Part shown: positions 10,744-23,799 of the stretch, piece by piece | Layout: each line of letters starts with the position of its first letter | Numbering within the stretch: the stretch's first letter is position 1 | NCBI RefSeq assembly: GCF_036321535.1 | Contig: NC_087437.1 | Coordinates: 27,530,001 to 27,594,000 of the forward strand | Origin: Camelus dromedarius | Lineage: Eukaryota | Direction of reading: 5' to 3' | Length of the DNA stretch: 64,000 nucleotides | Notes under the pieces: model-generated | Database searches by the model: none | What the model was told of the DNA's origin: nothing | Seen by the model: only the letters and a program-made list of their open reading frames with translations | Position numbers and translations under genes: made by a program

Positions 10744-12725
10744 GACTATCTTCAGTAATAGTGAAGAATTTCCGGAAATGATTTAGTGAGAGCCATGATT
10801 TCTTTCCTTTCCTTCTAGAAATCTGTATAAAGACATTTTCTCAGAGTCTTGTGACTTAGGCCCTCTTGAACTGCAGTATTTCTGCATGTAGCCTGACACC
10901 ATGGGTCCAGAACCACGTTCTCTGAGTCCTCAGAGTGTCAAGAATCAGCATACACGCCCTTGCGATGCACATCATGCCTCCTCCCTGCTCACTGTGAGGT
11001 TGGTGGAAGGGGCTGGCTGACCCAGGCAAACTTCTATCGCAGGAGCGACTTCTGAAGTGAACTGAATACTCAAGGTTTGCGTGGGTCTTTCTCGCCAAAC
11101 ATCTGCTTGCTGTTTTGGCCTGCTTTTAAACAATTGCAGATAAGGGTTTCCATTTTAGGATGGAAACATTTGAGACACATTGGTTGGGGGAAGAAGCAGG
11201 GTACCACTGGTGCCTGTGCTGCTGTCTGGTTGGAACAGCGGAGGTGAATTAAAGGGACATTCTACATGAGTAACGAGCTGAAGGTAAATCCGAGACAATT
11301 TAGATGGTAATTTTCAAGCTCTCAAGTCTGTCTGTCCTTTAGCAGTGGTGTTGATGGCGGGGCACTGCGTCCTCTGGGTACACAATTCACTGTACTTGGA
11401 GTCTCAGTGCAGCAGCCTTTTCTACAGTGATAGTTCTCGATGTGTGAAAAAGGAACTCTCGGAAGGCATCTCAGCAAGGGAGGCCAATTATATATTGAGA
11501 CCAAAAGGCAGGAATGTGTGTTAGATGATAAATAGGACCAAATAACAGAGACCTGTATCGCTTTGACCTTGTAACATCTGCCCAGTTTCCTCTCCTTATC
11601 TTTAGTATAGAGGTGATTTAGTATCCTGATAAAGAGACCTACCGAAACTTCAAATCATTTCACAGATGGAGGAAATAGTCACATACTGATGCTGATTTTA
11701 TACAATAACATAAAAATAAATAAGTACCAAATAAATCAGAAAGAATGTCTCGGTGTTGGCCAACAACCCTCTGTTCCCCTTCCCAGACTCTCAGCTGATT
11801 TACTGTTTCTAAGCAGTCTGTCCCACCCTGTTAAAGATGAGACAGACAAAGGGAGAAAAAAGAGGAAAGGCACCTCTAGATGATGCTTTACCGAAAAAGT
11901 GCACGCCAGTTTTTGGAAGTGTAGCCAGCTCTGCCCATGGAAGTTACCTGAGATTACCTCTGAATTTCTGTAGTGAAAGTGCTCATTATGTTAACCTTGA
12001 GGCTTCAGGGAACATAAGCAAAGCTCCCTAAATTCTTGAAACTACATTTAAGAAATGTGGCAAACTTTAAAAAAAAAAAAAAAAAGGGACACTTAACAGT
12101 ATAAGGCTTTAGCTTCTCTTAGGTGAAAATCTCCCTTGTTCCACAAATCCAGGTAAAAGAGAATGAAACGACATGAAATGTTTTATTTAGTCCGTATAAA
12201 CTGTCACTTTGGATCTTTGGTCACATAATTAAAGAATAGGGTGGAATGGGATTTGTGAGACCAGAAGACTGTTGAAGTGTAACAGGAACCTGTGAATTGC
12301 TCTCATTTTTTTTGCACACCTAGAATATGAATGGCCAGTTTTCACTGTAATCTAGATAGTGGGTGCTCTAGTCCCCAATGAAATGTTAGGTCTCAGGATG
12401 CTGATGCGTTAAGTGTCTTCAAGTTGTGGAGTATTACCTATCACCTCAGGGCTCTCTCTGGGTAGAATTTAGTTGATGCTGGACCGTGCAAGGCACTGCT
12501 CACTCCAGAAATACATTCATCTTAATAAGAACATGCTGTCTTCACTACTCATCTTCTGTATAATTACACATGGTGACCCACTTTTCTCTTATATGTGGAC
12601 CACCTTCCACTCTTCTCATTGTGTGCTGGAATTCTACTTTCTCTGAAGAAGAGAAATTATTCCTTCATAACATTTTGATGACATTAACAAAGGTCTCGAT
12701 AATACTAAAGGATTTTTTCAATTAC

Positions 12726-12831
12726 CTTTTGAAAAGTTCTGTCTAATATGAGGTTTCCTTTCAGTGAAGTAATTTAGCCCAGGGAGTGCTTGTCATCTTG
12801 AAGTGGCCAAAGTGTTTCTTCACTAATGATC
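12726..12831 (-). other. P2RY14: P2RY14 non-coding 5'UTR exon 2 (106 nt)
   Basis: Acceptor tttttctcctacagtacag|GATC and donor AAAAG|gtaat. The interior (AAACACTTTGGCCACTTCAAGA...CTTCACTGAAAGGAAACCTCATATTA) resembles the recalled human P2RY14 5'UTR. Confidence 0.85.
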
Positions 12832-13088
12832 CTGTACTGTAGGAGAAAAATGGAGAATTAATTAGGCTAAACGAACGCCAGAATGTTTTTATTGGAGAAG
12901 TATGTATGGTAGCATGGTAGCAGTGTACTTACTTTTTAAACTCATCTTTTATAATTGTGAAATATTTCAACTTGTGCGTTTGTTACTTTGTTTTGGTTGT
13001 CACTGTTGATTATTGATTTGATGTAAACCCTTGTGGGAAACTTACAAACTCTTTATTTGAGAAGGTTGGGCATGAAGTGTTTTTAGTT

Positions 13089-13116
13089 ATTTGTTTGTTT
13101 GTTTGTTTGTTTGTTT
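13089..13116. repeat. (TTTG)n microsatellite
   Basis: Directly visible. Confidence 0.9.
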
Positions 13117-13224
13117 AATGGATTTGGACACTCAAATCAGTTCATTAAATTACTGAAGTTAACAATTGACCATTTTAGCCAGGAAATCATAGGCAGTTTT
13201 TTTGTGTGTTTTCTGATTTTTTTT

Positions 13225-13412
13225 TTTCAAACCTTCACACCATTGGCATTTTGGGTCAGATAATTATTTGTTGTGGATAACTGTCCTCTGCATTGTAGGA
13301 TGTTTAGCCACATCCTTGGCTTCTAACTATTAGATGCCAATAGTATCATCTCCCCAGGTTATGACAGAAATGTCCTCTGGAAGGCCAAATTGCCCCTGGT
13401 TGATAACTGCTG
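13225..13412 (-). mobile_element. MER20 (hAT-Charlie)
   Basis: TGCATTGTAGGATGTTTAGC...AAATTGCCCCTGGTTGATAACTGCTG resembles the MER20 reverse complement. Confidence 0.8.
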
Positions 13413-14039
13413 ATCTAACGACACTTAAGCTTGGACTTTGCAGAGAAAACACCTGAAAGCAGTATTGTCTGATAGGAAGAGGATGGGTTTGGCAGAATGG
13501 TGGTTGGATTTGGTTCTGCCTTGGTCTAGGTTGTCACCTTTCTGAATTCTTTAGGCCAGCCCTTTTTCAGACTTTAATGTGTATACACATTTCCTGGGGC
13601 TTTTGCTGAAATGAAGCCTCAGATTCCATAGGTCTGCAGTTGGGTGTAAATGGTGATGCCTCCAGCCCAGTGACTACTCTTTGACTAGCCAATTTTTTTT
13701 TTAGACAGTGTAAACAAGGGACATTTAATAAATATTTGGTGAGGAGGGTTAAAAAAAAAAAAACTTCTCTTTGCTGTAGTTGGGACTTCAGGTAGGAGAA
13801 GTTACATTATAGGTAGCTGAAATCTAGACTCTTAAAGTTGATTCATTATCGATCTCATCATAATAATCTCATCCTTCTGGTCTGGAAATGTAAATAGATA
13901 CTTTATGGAGAACAGTGATAAACAGCATCTTAGACTTACCCAGACTATTCCTGAAAGGTCATGAAACTCTCCTTAAAAACAAAGAGATTCAGTTCTCTGT
14001 GGTATAATAGTGTATGTGATTCAGGGCAGTACTGAGCAC

Positions 14040-14280
14040 GACCTGGTCGGGCATGAGATAGTCTAACTTCAGGGTGGTGCTTACTCAGAGAGAGGGAAGA
14101 AGGAGTGAGGGATGGCGTGGGGTGGTGGGGCTTGAGCTGTATTTGTGGTGTTTCGTCTCTTCAGTTCTGAAACGACTAGGCTTAAATATTACTGTCAATT
14201 AACACTGGGTGATTGGGTGCATCGGTATTACCAACATTAACTTCTGTATTTTGTGTACTTGACATATTTCATAATTAGAA
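14040..14280 (+). mobile_element. Old L1 (L1ME-like) 3'UTR fragment
   Basis: Degenerate similarity to recalled L1ME 3' ends. Confidence 0.5.
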
Positions 14281-15825
14281 AAAATGTGTATGGAGAATGG
14301 ATTGTTTTCAAATCTCTCTTTAATCAGTATTCACCTATGATGAGGGTTTTCCTTCCTGATCTTTGTTCTGTACTTACACACTGACAGTCGGATGTTTCCT
14401 CCTCTCTCTCTACATTCCAGACATGAACGGCTTTAATCCAGGGTGCCCCAGATCTTTTCGTATGAGATAAATATTTGTTTTGTAGATGATGCTGCTGACA
14501 ATAGCAAATAGTACAGATGTGTGTGGTCGTTGTGTACCTTTCCAAACTTACTAAAGCCATTTTCTTATTACTGCTTTCACCTTCCTTGTTGTAATGTGTG
14601 GCTTTTGTCTTCTCTTTTTGGTGCCAGCATAGGGTATCCTAGATGGTTTCCAGAGCCGTCATAATAGGTTGAATAGAAAGGGGATTTATGTATGGGCTAC
14701 TTACTTGTTCAGTCTTGCAGTCATAGTTTGTGGTATTTTATGTTATTAAATGCTTTATAACATTTTATATTTAAAAAATATTTTATAGTATTGATTAGTA
14801 TTAATTCTAATACTCATTAGGCTCCTGGCCTTTCTTATTCCATGGTGGTTCAGTATTTTAAAATTTCTTACATCCTGACTCTTGGTCCCGCCTCTCTTTC
14901 CCAACATGGTGACTCCTTAGGGCTGTGTAAGCAGTGTCCTTGCTTCTGGGTCATAGACCTGTTCAAGGGGAAGTCATAAGCATGCCAGTTGCTTTCATAG
15001 GTGCTACTGTTTTTCCTCTGTAACTGACCACCCTCGCCCCCTTGCTTCTCGAAAACCCGTTTTCTACTTGGCTGCCTCTCAGATTCTCATAGTGGCTATC
15101 TGACCCCTTCCCTGCTCTCCCCGCGGCCTCTGTCTGGCCAGTGCTCTCTCTAGGCTCAGCCAGCCAGAATCTTACTTTTTTTTTTTCACCTGAAAGAATG
15201 AGCCCCACTTATCTTTTTCTTCATCACCCTGAACATTTAATGTTTGGCACTCACCACACTTCTCAAAGGCTGCCGGGGACCCCGTTTCTCAATTTGTTGC
15301 CCTTTCCTCAGTTGTTCTGTCTCCTGGCCTCCCTACAGTAGTGGTTGGTCTTGATTTCCCCTTGATGAACTCTTCTGTTCTTAAGGTACGTTGTAGCCTT
15401 TGCCTCTTGCATATATCAGGTCTTCCTTTCTTTGCCAAGAACTTTTGTTAATTTGCTTGCTAAATCAATGCATCAGAGCATGTTTATCAGGCACTGTGGC
15501 GATACATCAGGCACAGGAAGACCCCAGGGTAGGGGAGACGGAGCAGAGTGGTACTTCGGGTGCAATAGGGGGCTATTATTGAAGGAGGAGGAACAGAGCG
15601 AGTACCTTGCACCTCCCAGTGTCGGGAATGGTGATATCAAGGCAATCTTCTTGGGTCATGTGACGATGAAGGTTGACAAATGATTTGATTTAGCCAGTTA
15701 AAGCAGGGGAGGGAGGGAGTGTTGGACGGAGAGAGCTACTGGGCGCACATACCAAGACACGTGAGAGGCAGCACAGCAGGAGGGTTGCCCAAGCTCTTGA
15801 GAAACATGGTAGAGCCTTATCAGTG

Positions 15826-15970
15826 AGTTACTGTTACCATCATTTTGCAAATGAGGAAATGGATGCTTAAAATGGTCAAAATGGTTACTCATTAAAAGTG
15901 AATTAAGCAGCTAATAAGTGTCTAGACAGCATTCAAACTTAGGTCTGTTCAGCTCCAAGCCAGGTCTCCT
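15826..15970 (-). mobile_element. MIR SINE
   Basis: CATTTTGCAAATGAGGAAA core and ATTCAAACTTAGGTCTG. Confidence 0.7.
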
Positions 15971-17208
15971 CTACTCCTGAGGGAGCTTGGTGGAAGCGTG
16001 TTGTGTGTGTGTCTGCGAGCGCGTGCATGTATGCAGGCCCTTCAGCGTTGCTCTGGAGTACCCCTTTTAGGAGTCATCCAGTATTTTTTTGAGGGAAGGT
16101 GCACAGGTGTGTGTGAGTTTGTGTCTGTCCTGTGTTTGATTTCGGTGTTAAGGGTCTGCAAGGTATGAATGCCTTCAGTTTCTCCACTTAGCCTCTAGGT
16201 ACCCCAGCATAGAGAACCTCTATTATATTTGCCAGTTTTTCAGAAGCACTTTCAGAATGTTTAAAAATGAACGTGTTCCTGACCTGTGCCCTGTCTCCTG
16301 CACTGAGTTCCAGGAAGTGTAGAATCGGACCATTCATAACAGTGATTAGAACAAATGACATCAGTCAGTCTGTGGTGAAGGCTCCGCTGCTGGAGGAAAC
16401 CCGGATCAGCTGCTGTGGTTTGGATGCCACCCAGATCCCCTGCGACCCCGGTCACATGGGGGCTCTGCTTGTTGCTGCTTCTCCCCTTCAGTCAGTTTTC
16501 TCTTGCATAGACATGAGGTCTGACTTGATTCTCCTAACTCCTGCCCTCTATGGCCCATTGACTTCACCTTCAGTTAGAGCCTAGGTCAGTGACAAACATG
16601 CTTTAATTTAACTTATCATTGGACAAATGCTGTGGTCTCAATTAAAGAATTGAGGAGCTGTGCTGATTCGTTCTCACATTAGTAAAGTCTGCATCCTTTT
16701 CTTAGGCTGAATTGCAGACACTTAAGAACTTCCGTTTCCACCAAAGCAGAAGCTCAGCTCTGTCTTGACAGCCAGGCCTTCCTCCTGGGCCCACCTGTTT
16801 ACAGACTCTCAAATGTAGAAAGACTAAAGATCTGTGAGTTTCTGCTGCAAACACAATCCTTCTTTGACCATGTGTGATGAGAAGTGGTGAGTTAGTATGG
16901 ATAATAAGCTGATAATGCCCAAACCTAGTTTTTACTTTTAATTCCAGCCACTTCCCTTGAAATACTTTTAGCAGAACTCATAGCAAAATACAAGACTGGC
17001 TCCTCTTAGAACTTGGATTTGTCTTCACATCTTGTGGTTATGCAAATGGACCACAGGGGCTGTGGGGGGAGGGGAAAGTGTGCCACAGGAGCCAAACTTC
17101 TGGGACCATGAAAATGGTCATCCATCCTTAGCCTCTGTACCAGGAGCTGCATCTGAGTTGTCAGGATGGATTTTGGCAGGTTTTTCACCTACAGTCTTTG
17201 GTATAGCC

Positions 17209-17393
17209 CAGGGTTTCTCAGCCTTGGCACTGCTGACATATTTTTGAATTCCAGCTCTCTGCGGATGAACAGACTGGTGCATCATAAGACGTTTAGCTGC
17301 GCCTGTCCACTAGGTGCCAGCAGCACCCCATGATTTAAGACAACCAAAACTGTCTCCAGACATTTTTAAATGTTCCCAAGTTGAGAACTACTG
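17209..17393 (-). mobile_element. MER20 (hAT-Charlie)
   Basis: Terminal inverted repeats (TIRs) CAGGGTTTCTCA...TTGAGAACTACTG; internal ACAACCAAAACTGTCTCCAGACATT. Confidence 0.8.
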
Positions 17394-17580
17394 AAATAAC
17401 CTCTTAGTGGTAGTTGTATCTGGTATCATTTTGATACAGGAAGAGAATTTAGTCAGCTCTCTTACTGGTGCCAAACCTTAACTGTATATTGAGTAACTCA
17501 GTGGTATTAAGTAATTCACCTGCCTAGGTCTCAGAATGTGAAGTGGGTTTTCTTTACTGCTCTGTTGGAATAATGGGCAA

Positions 17581-17750
17581 ACAGTACAGCATAATAATTA
17601 AAAACATGCATGTTGGATGCAGTTGACCTTGGCTAGAAATATGGCTCAACTGCTTAACAGCTATGATATTGGAATAGTTACTGAGTGCCTCTGTGTTTCA
17701 GTTTTTACATCTTTAAAATGATGGGGTAGTAGTTGCTACCTCATAGGGTT
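17581..17750 (+). mobile_element. MIR SINE
   Basis: ACAGTACAGCATA head; CTCTGTGTTTCAGTTTTTACATCTTTAAAATG core; CTACCTCATAGGGTT. Confidence 0.8.
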
Positions 17751-19399
17751 TCTATTCCTGTAACAATCAAATACCTGGTGTTGGGCAGTGTATGACTCAG
17801 AGGGAACACTGGGGGTTCAGGGAGTGACTCAGCTGACAACAGAATAATGGGATGTCTCTGGGACTCTCAGTCTGCCAGGACTTTCCCTGCATTGGGTTCC
17901 TACAGTGTGCCCTGCTTCCCCACATTTATCTGAGGTTGATGTTCTGCACTGCAATGCAGGGCTTGTGGGAGGCACAGTAGATCCTTTGCAGAGTGCTCTG
18001 AACCTCCTCGGGTATCTGACCCAGCAGAGCTTGCCTGCGGGAGGTTAGGGCAAAGGCTGTGCTTCTTATGGTCCCATGGTTCTAGTCACGGGAAGTGGCA
18101 CTCAGCAGTAGAGAGTGAGAGTGAAGTCCTAAGTATTTCATGCTTTCACCCAGCAATGCACGCAAGCCTGAATCTTTGATAAGAGTGATGTAAAGCTATG
18201 AAACTCCTGTCTTTAGAGTTTTGGGAAATGATTCCTTTCTCTGGAATTAGATTGAGTTGCTGAGATTCCTGACTTTTTTCCCAGTCTGTTCATTACAGCA
18301 TTGTTTTGGAATATGTGGTTCTATTCCCTGGGGCCAGGCAAGGAAATGAATCTCTGACCTCTTTTTGCTTCACTGATATGGTGTTTGCATTTCTCAATGA
18401 GTCATGCTGTGCTCAGATCTTCAGATCTTGGAGCTTAGGGCTTTGCTAGGGGGATGGGGAACAGATTTTCATCTGAGAAACCAACAGCTTTAACTACTCA
18501 GCTAAATATCAACCACTTGTATGTATGTTCAAGATTCAGACTTACATATCTGAAGGAAAAGAATGTAAGTATCCAGGATTTTAGGTGGAAGTAGAAACTA
18601 AAGTTTATGTACTTCCTACCTGTTGGAGGAATCAACCTTTGATTTAATAAAATATATTGAGATACTAACTTACGAATTGGGAAATTCTTTAAAGGAATTT
18701 GTATTTTATTAAACACAGTCTATAACAACGAAACAGCTGTATTCATTTCAAGATGAGTAGGACTTAAATGTGAGAGATGCATTTTTATGCAGCTTAAAGA
18801 TGGGGCTCAGAGTGCATATGAAATGGAAGGCCTTTACTGTTAGTGAGTCCTAGGCCCATTCCAGTGGGATCCTTTGCTGAATGTCCATGTCCTGTTTAGA
18901 TCAATCCATTTGTCATTATTTGATTTCACTTTTCCAACGGATTTCAATATGAGTCCATCAGAAATGTTATAAGGAAGTCATCTCACATCTTGCCGTGACC
19001 CAGGGGGGCCATTAGATGCCATTTCATTATTGTCTCAGATGTAATGTCTCTGTGTATGAAATCTGGTATGAAATCTTTCCTTCTGGACCATAAGTTGCAT
19101 TTCATGCTCATGACCTGCTTGGACCACGACCAGCTTTGTTTTACTCTTTTTTTTTTTTTTTTTCTTTCCTCCAGGAAGCCTACAGTGACTTCCCTTGTAA
19201 TCTTTCTCCATACTTTATTGCTTTGTTCTTTTGTATTTTCAGGATCTCTGTCTAGCGGCTACTTTCCTTCAAAGTATAAACCCACACCAGTCTTTAATAA
19301 AACAAAGTAAAAGCTTGTAGGTCTTGAAGTCATGACACTCTGGTAGCTATAAACTTGCTTTAGCCTTTTCCGATCAATGAGTTTGTCTTGTTTCTAAGT

Positions 19400-20620
19400 G
19401 TCACTGCTCACCAAGAGGAACCAAGACTCTTTGGAGAAATGACTGATTTCTAATCAGGCACAGGGACGATACAAGGCAAGTTGATACCTTGTGGGCAAAC
19501 AGCAAGGAAGTACTCAGACTAGTGGGGAAACATAAAAAATGGACGTGGGGGCTGACTTGGTGGCACTTCTAAATTCAACAGTTTGGATATCAACAAGAAT
19601 GACAGTAATAGATAAAAATACTTAAAAAAATGAACCAAACCCAGGAGTTAATAGTGGTATTTAAAAGCCCAAATAAAAAGGGGGGCATGAAGACAGGGAC
19701 AAGCTCTTCTTTACAGAAGAGTGTCAGCTAGAAAAGGTAGAAGGAATGATAGAAAGTCACCATTTTTCAATCTCAGTCTGATAACTGATTCAGGAAACAA
19801 TCTAATGGTTGTGAAAAGTCATTCATTGAAAGGTTGTAGGAAAACAGGATGTTCCAGTCTGAAAAGCATCACTCCCAGATCATTTAGAATAACAGAAAAA
19901 ATGGTACCTTTTCAGCAGGGATATGTGGCAGTTACTGAATGATCGAACTTAAAAATGGGATAACTTGGTATTTTGCATCCCAATATGACTTAGTTAGATG
20001 TACACAACATAACCTTGTCAGAAAGCTAATCATGGATAAACAATTGGACAAATTCGGAATGTGGATCGTCCTATAAGACAACCATCCTAGACTCTAAATA
20101 AATCAGTGTCATGAAAAGCAAACAAACACAATGGGGTGGGAGGGAGCAATTCTAGATCAAAAGAGACCAAAGAGAAACACTGTGGTTGGTGACTGGCAGC
20201 AGTAGAGGATAATGCTGTAGAAATTGTTTGGGGACAATTGTATGAATCTCAGTGTAGACTATTTTAGACAGTATTACTGAATTATCTTAATTTTTTTCCT
20301 CAAAATTTCTTTTTCTAAAAAATTTAAAAATTTTTCTTAAAATTTTTTTTCTTAAAATTTTTTTATTATTTTCCTAGGTGTGGCAATGGCGTAGTTCAGT
20401 AGGAGAATATTATAATCTTCAGAGATGCATGTTGAAGTATTTAGGAGGGAAGGGTCATGATTGTCTGCAACTTACTTTCAAAATGGTTTAGGAAAAAACA
20501 TGTAGTAAAAAAAATTTAGTAAAACAAATTGTGTGTATACATGTACTTTTTTGGCTGATATTTATAACTATGTATGCATACACATGTAGATATAGAAATA
20601 GATATGTACACATATTTGTA
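19400..20620 (+). mobile_element. Old L1 (L1MC-like) 3' region
   Basis: GGAGAAATGACTGATTTC...; GAGATGCATGTTGAAGTATTTAGG...GTCTGCAACTTACTTTCAAAATGG. Confidence 0.75.
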
Positions 20621-21829
20621 TGTATTATGTGTGTGTGTGTTAGTTTTGCGGAAAGGGTCCTGAGCTCGGTACCTGACACACAGCAAATGCATTATCAGTC
20701 TTAGACTTCCTTGCTACCCGCCGTACCTTTTCTTCTCAGTTACCTCTGGGAGCTCCTCTGCCTAGCCTTACATTGATGTCTCTCATTCTATTCCTGGCTG
20801 CCTTCTTTTCTCTTTCTTCCCATTCTTCTAAGCCAAAGTCATCTTTGTTGAGAATGTTGTTTAAGACTGTCATCCATAAGACAGACTTCCCTTTCATCTA
20901 TCACATATGTTTTTGGCACCTGTTATCAGGCAGTGTTCCTGGTGATGGGGATCCTGCCCTCTTGGAGCTCAGAGCCTGGTGGTTCTGGCATCAGAGTGGC
21001 CTCTTCTCCCTCCCCTCCCTTCCTGGCACCTGCCTTTCCTACAGCCCTGGGTGGTGAGGAGCCAGGTCGCTCACCTCTGGAGGACACGTAGCTCCCACCC
21101 TGAGCTAACACTGCCTCACCGTCTCTTTCAGTCTCATCACGCTTTGTAGCAATAGCTGCCGTTCATTGGGAACTTTACCTTATACCAGACACAGGCAGTG
21201 CTAATTGCTTTTGAAAATATTTTTTCTTCTTAATGGAATATTTGAAACTTTGAAAAGCATTTATAGAAATATGCTGAAGAACAGCAAAAAGAACACAGCA
21301 TTGGCCTGAGAGCCAGGACCTTACCAGTGCTCCAGCCCCTACCCTGCTCTCCTCCCTGCTCTGTCCGTCCGTCTCCCTCCACCAGGAGGTAACCCTGTCC
21401 TGAATATTGTGTTTTTCATTTCCTGCCTTTAAAAAATGATTTTAATCTATATGAATTCACTGCATTTCATTATAAAAATTGTTCGTGGTGTTTGTAGTCT
21501 TCCAGGACTTTTTTTTTTTAATCCCCAACTCAGTATTATGTTTAAAGTTTATCTCTTTGGAAAAGGAATTGGAAAGAGATGGAAAAGGTAAACATTCATT
21601 CACCCTATAGCTGAACATTGTAATTCTGAATATATACCCTAGAAAACTCTCTTCCAGAAGCTGACCAAGCATTTACAAGGATGTTCGTAGCAGCACTGTT
21701 TCTAATGGCAAAAATGTGGAAATAGCTCAAATGATTATTGACAGGAGAATAGGTTAAAAAATTAAGTGAAATTTTGTGCAGTTGTAAAAATGAACAAACT
21801 ACTGCGCTTTAAAGTCCTACAGTAGTCCT

Positions 21830-21980
21830 GAGAAGACAGAAGTAACCCCATTTTATGGTTGAGGAAATTAAAGTCTAGACAGCTTGAATGACTTGTCCAG
21901 CGTGTAAGAACTGGTATGTTGTGGAGCTGAGGTGTGGATCCAGTGCAGTGTTTTCCTAAAGCCTTAGCTACTAGAGAATA
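21830..21980 (-). mobile_element. MIR SINE
   Basis: CCCCATTTTATGGTTGAGGAAATTAAAG core. Confidence 0.7.
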
Positions 21981-23039
21981 TTGTTTCCTGTTGAAAGACT
22001 TGTTTTTATTGGCTTGTCTGTTCCACTGCATGGAGAGAGAGCTTTGTGTTTTCACCTGACTCAGCAAATGGTTCATAGTAGGAGCTGTATGAATTTCCAA
22101 TGAATGCCTTAAACAGCCTTATTTTACACAGGAAGAAAGCTGTGTAAGGGAGCTTAGTGGCTTGAGCAAGTTCTGGGATGGTCACCAGAGCACTTATGAT
22201 TGGAACTCAACTCTTCTAAAACCTCAGTGACTGAGCATCCAGCCTTTATGTTCTTCCCTTGGCTCCATCCCTCTAGAAGGTGACTGGGAGAGGCCTGGTG
22301 GGTATAATGTCAGCATAACTTGGGTTATCACTTGAGATTATTATTGCCTTAGATTCCTCAGCCAGGGGCCACCATTCTTCTCCTGACAGCAGAACCCTCT
22401 CTTCAGCTGTGTGGCTCTTTTACCTGTAATACGAATCTGTCCAGTGCACAGCAGCAGAGGTGCCAGCAAGCTTTCTCTGTCTCTTGGACGTTGCTGTCAT
22501 GATTAACTTGTGGGAAAAGTGCAGCTGTGTGTGTATGGGGCGGGGGATGTGAAGACAGCAAAGTAGCAGGTACGTGGTAACTTTGGCAAGTAAACCAATA
22601 CCCCTTGTGAATGTAGATCATTGTGCTGCTTAGTGTTTTGGCCCAGTGGAACTAAAATTGAAAAGAAAAGCAAAAGCCTAACTGCCTAGCTGTCCCCTTG
22701 AGCTTTTCCTTGCCTGCCGTCCAGGGCTGGGCAAAGCTCTGAGCAGGGTCATGTTTTTTTCTCTGTCTCAATAAATCGTGAAAGGCTTCTATTCCTTTGC
22801 AAACTGATGGGGGCCATTGGCAAACACTACCAACAGAGTTTTGTCAAGCACTGCATAGGAGTAGTGGGAGTACCCAGGTGAACTTACTTCCACATCGTCA
22901 CCATGGTTTTATTGAAGCCCAGTTCTATAAACATCAAACTCACTGGAGCAGAAGTCCCTGGAGCCCTGGCTTTTGTGTGTGATTGTCTGCCTCTAGCATC
23001 TTACTGTGGCTGCCTCATATTGGTCTCTGTTAAAAAGTC

Positions 23040-23330
23040 ACCTCCTCAGGGAGGCCTTCCCTGTTTGCGATACCTAACACAGCCAAGTGCCTACCCAGCA
23101 CTCTCTAGCCTCTTACTGTCTTTTACTGTGTTTTTCATCTGAGCTGCCTTCATATTTATTTTTCAACTTATTTCCTCCATCATCCTCACTCCTCCCTACC
23201 CCCTCCCTTCCTACTATGCCCCCATCTTAAAGGTAACCATTATGAGAACAGAACTTATTTCTCTTGTTCACTGTTAAGTTAGTGCCTGGCATATAGTAGA
23301 AGTTCGACAGATATTTATTGAATGAATCTA
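23040..23330 (+). mobile_element. LINE-2 3' end
   Basis: CCTCCTCAGGGAGGCCTTCCCTG...AGTGCCTGGCATATAGTAG...ATATTTATTGAATGAAT. Confidence 0.8.
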
Positions 23331-23799
23331 TCTATATAACTTTGGTCAAATTAAGGACTTGATTTACTCAACTGTCAAATGATGAGTCTGTTCATGACCT
23401 CAGAGTTGTACAATTTCTATGTGTATAATAGGATAAATGTATAGATATCTTTTTAAGTCTTGGGTGCATAAAATTGGATTAACCATAGTCTTTGGTTTAC
23501 GTCATGTTCTTATCTAAGGTTCATGCAAGGTTGACTTCAAAAATTCTAATTTTGTTATTTTTAATCATGTTAATAATTTCCCTCAAACTCAGTAACTGAA
23601 ACAAAAGCCAAGACTTTGATGTTGATAAGCTGCGTGTAAGTGAACGCTCTCCCCTCCCTCCTACATGCCATCTCTCTGGCCAGTGTGTACCCCGAGTCCC
23701 TTTTTTTTTTTTTCATTCTCTCGCTGTCTTGTTTTAAATTGTTTTGTAACATCTGTCTGTGTTCCTAAAAGTGTGTTGTATGTATATTTGTGTGTATGA

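Noticed and set aside
20290..20370. Short AT-rich tandem repeat (TTAAAATTTTTTTC-like)
   Set aside because: Slippage expansion inside an old L1; no spacers, not an array.
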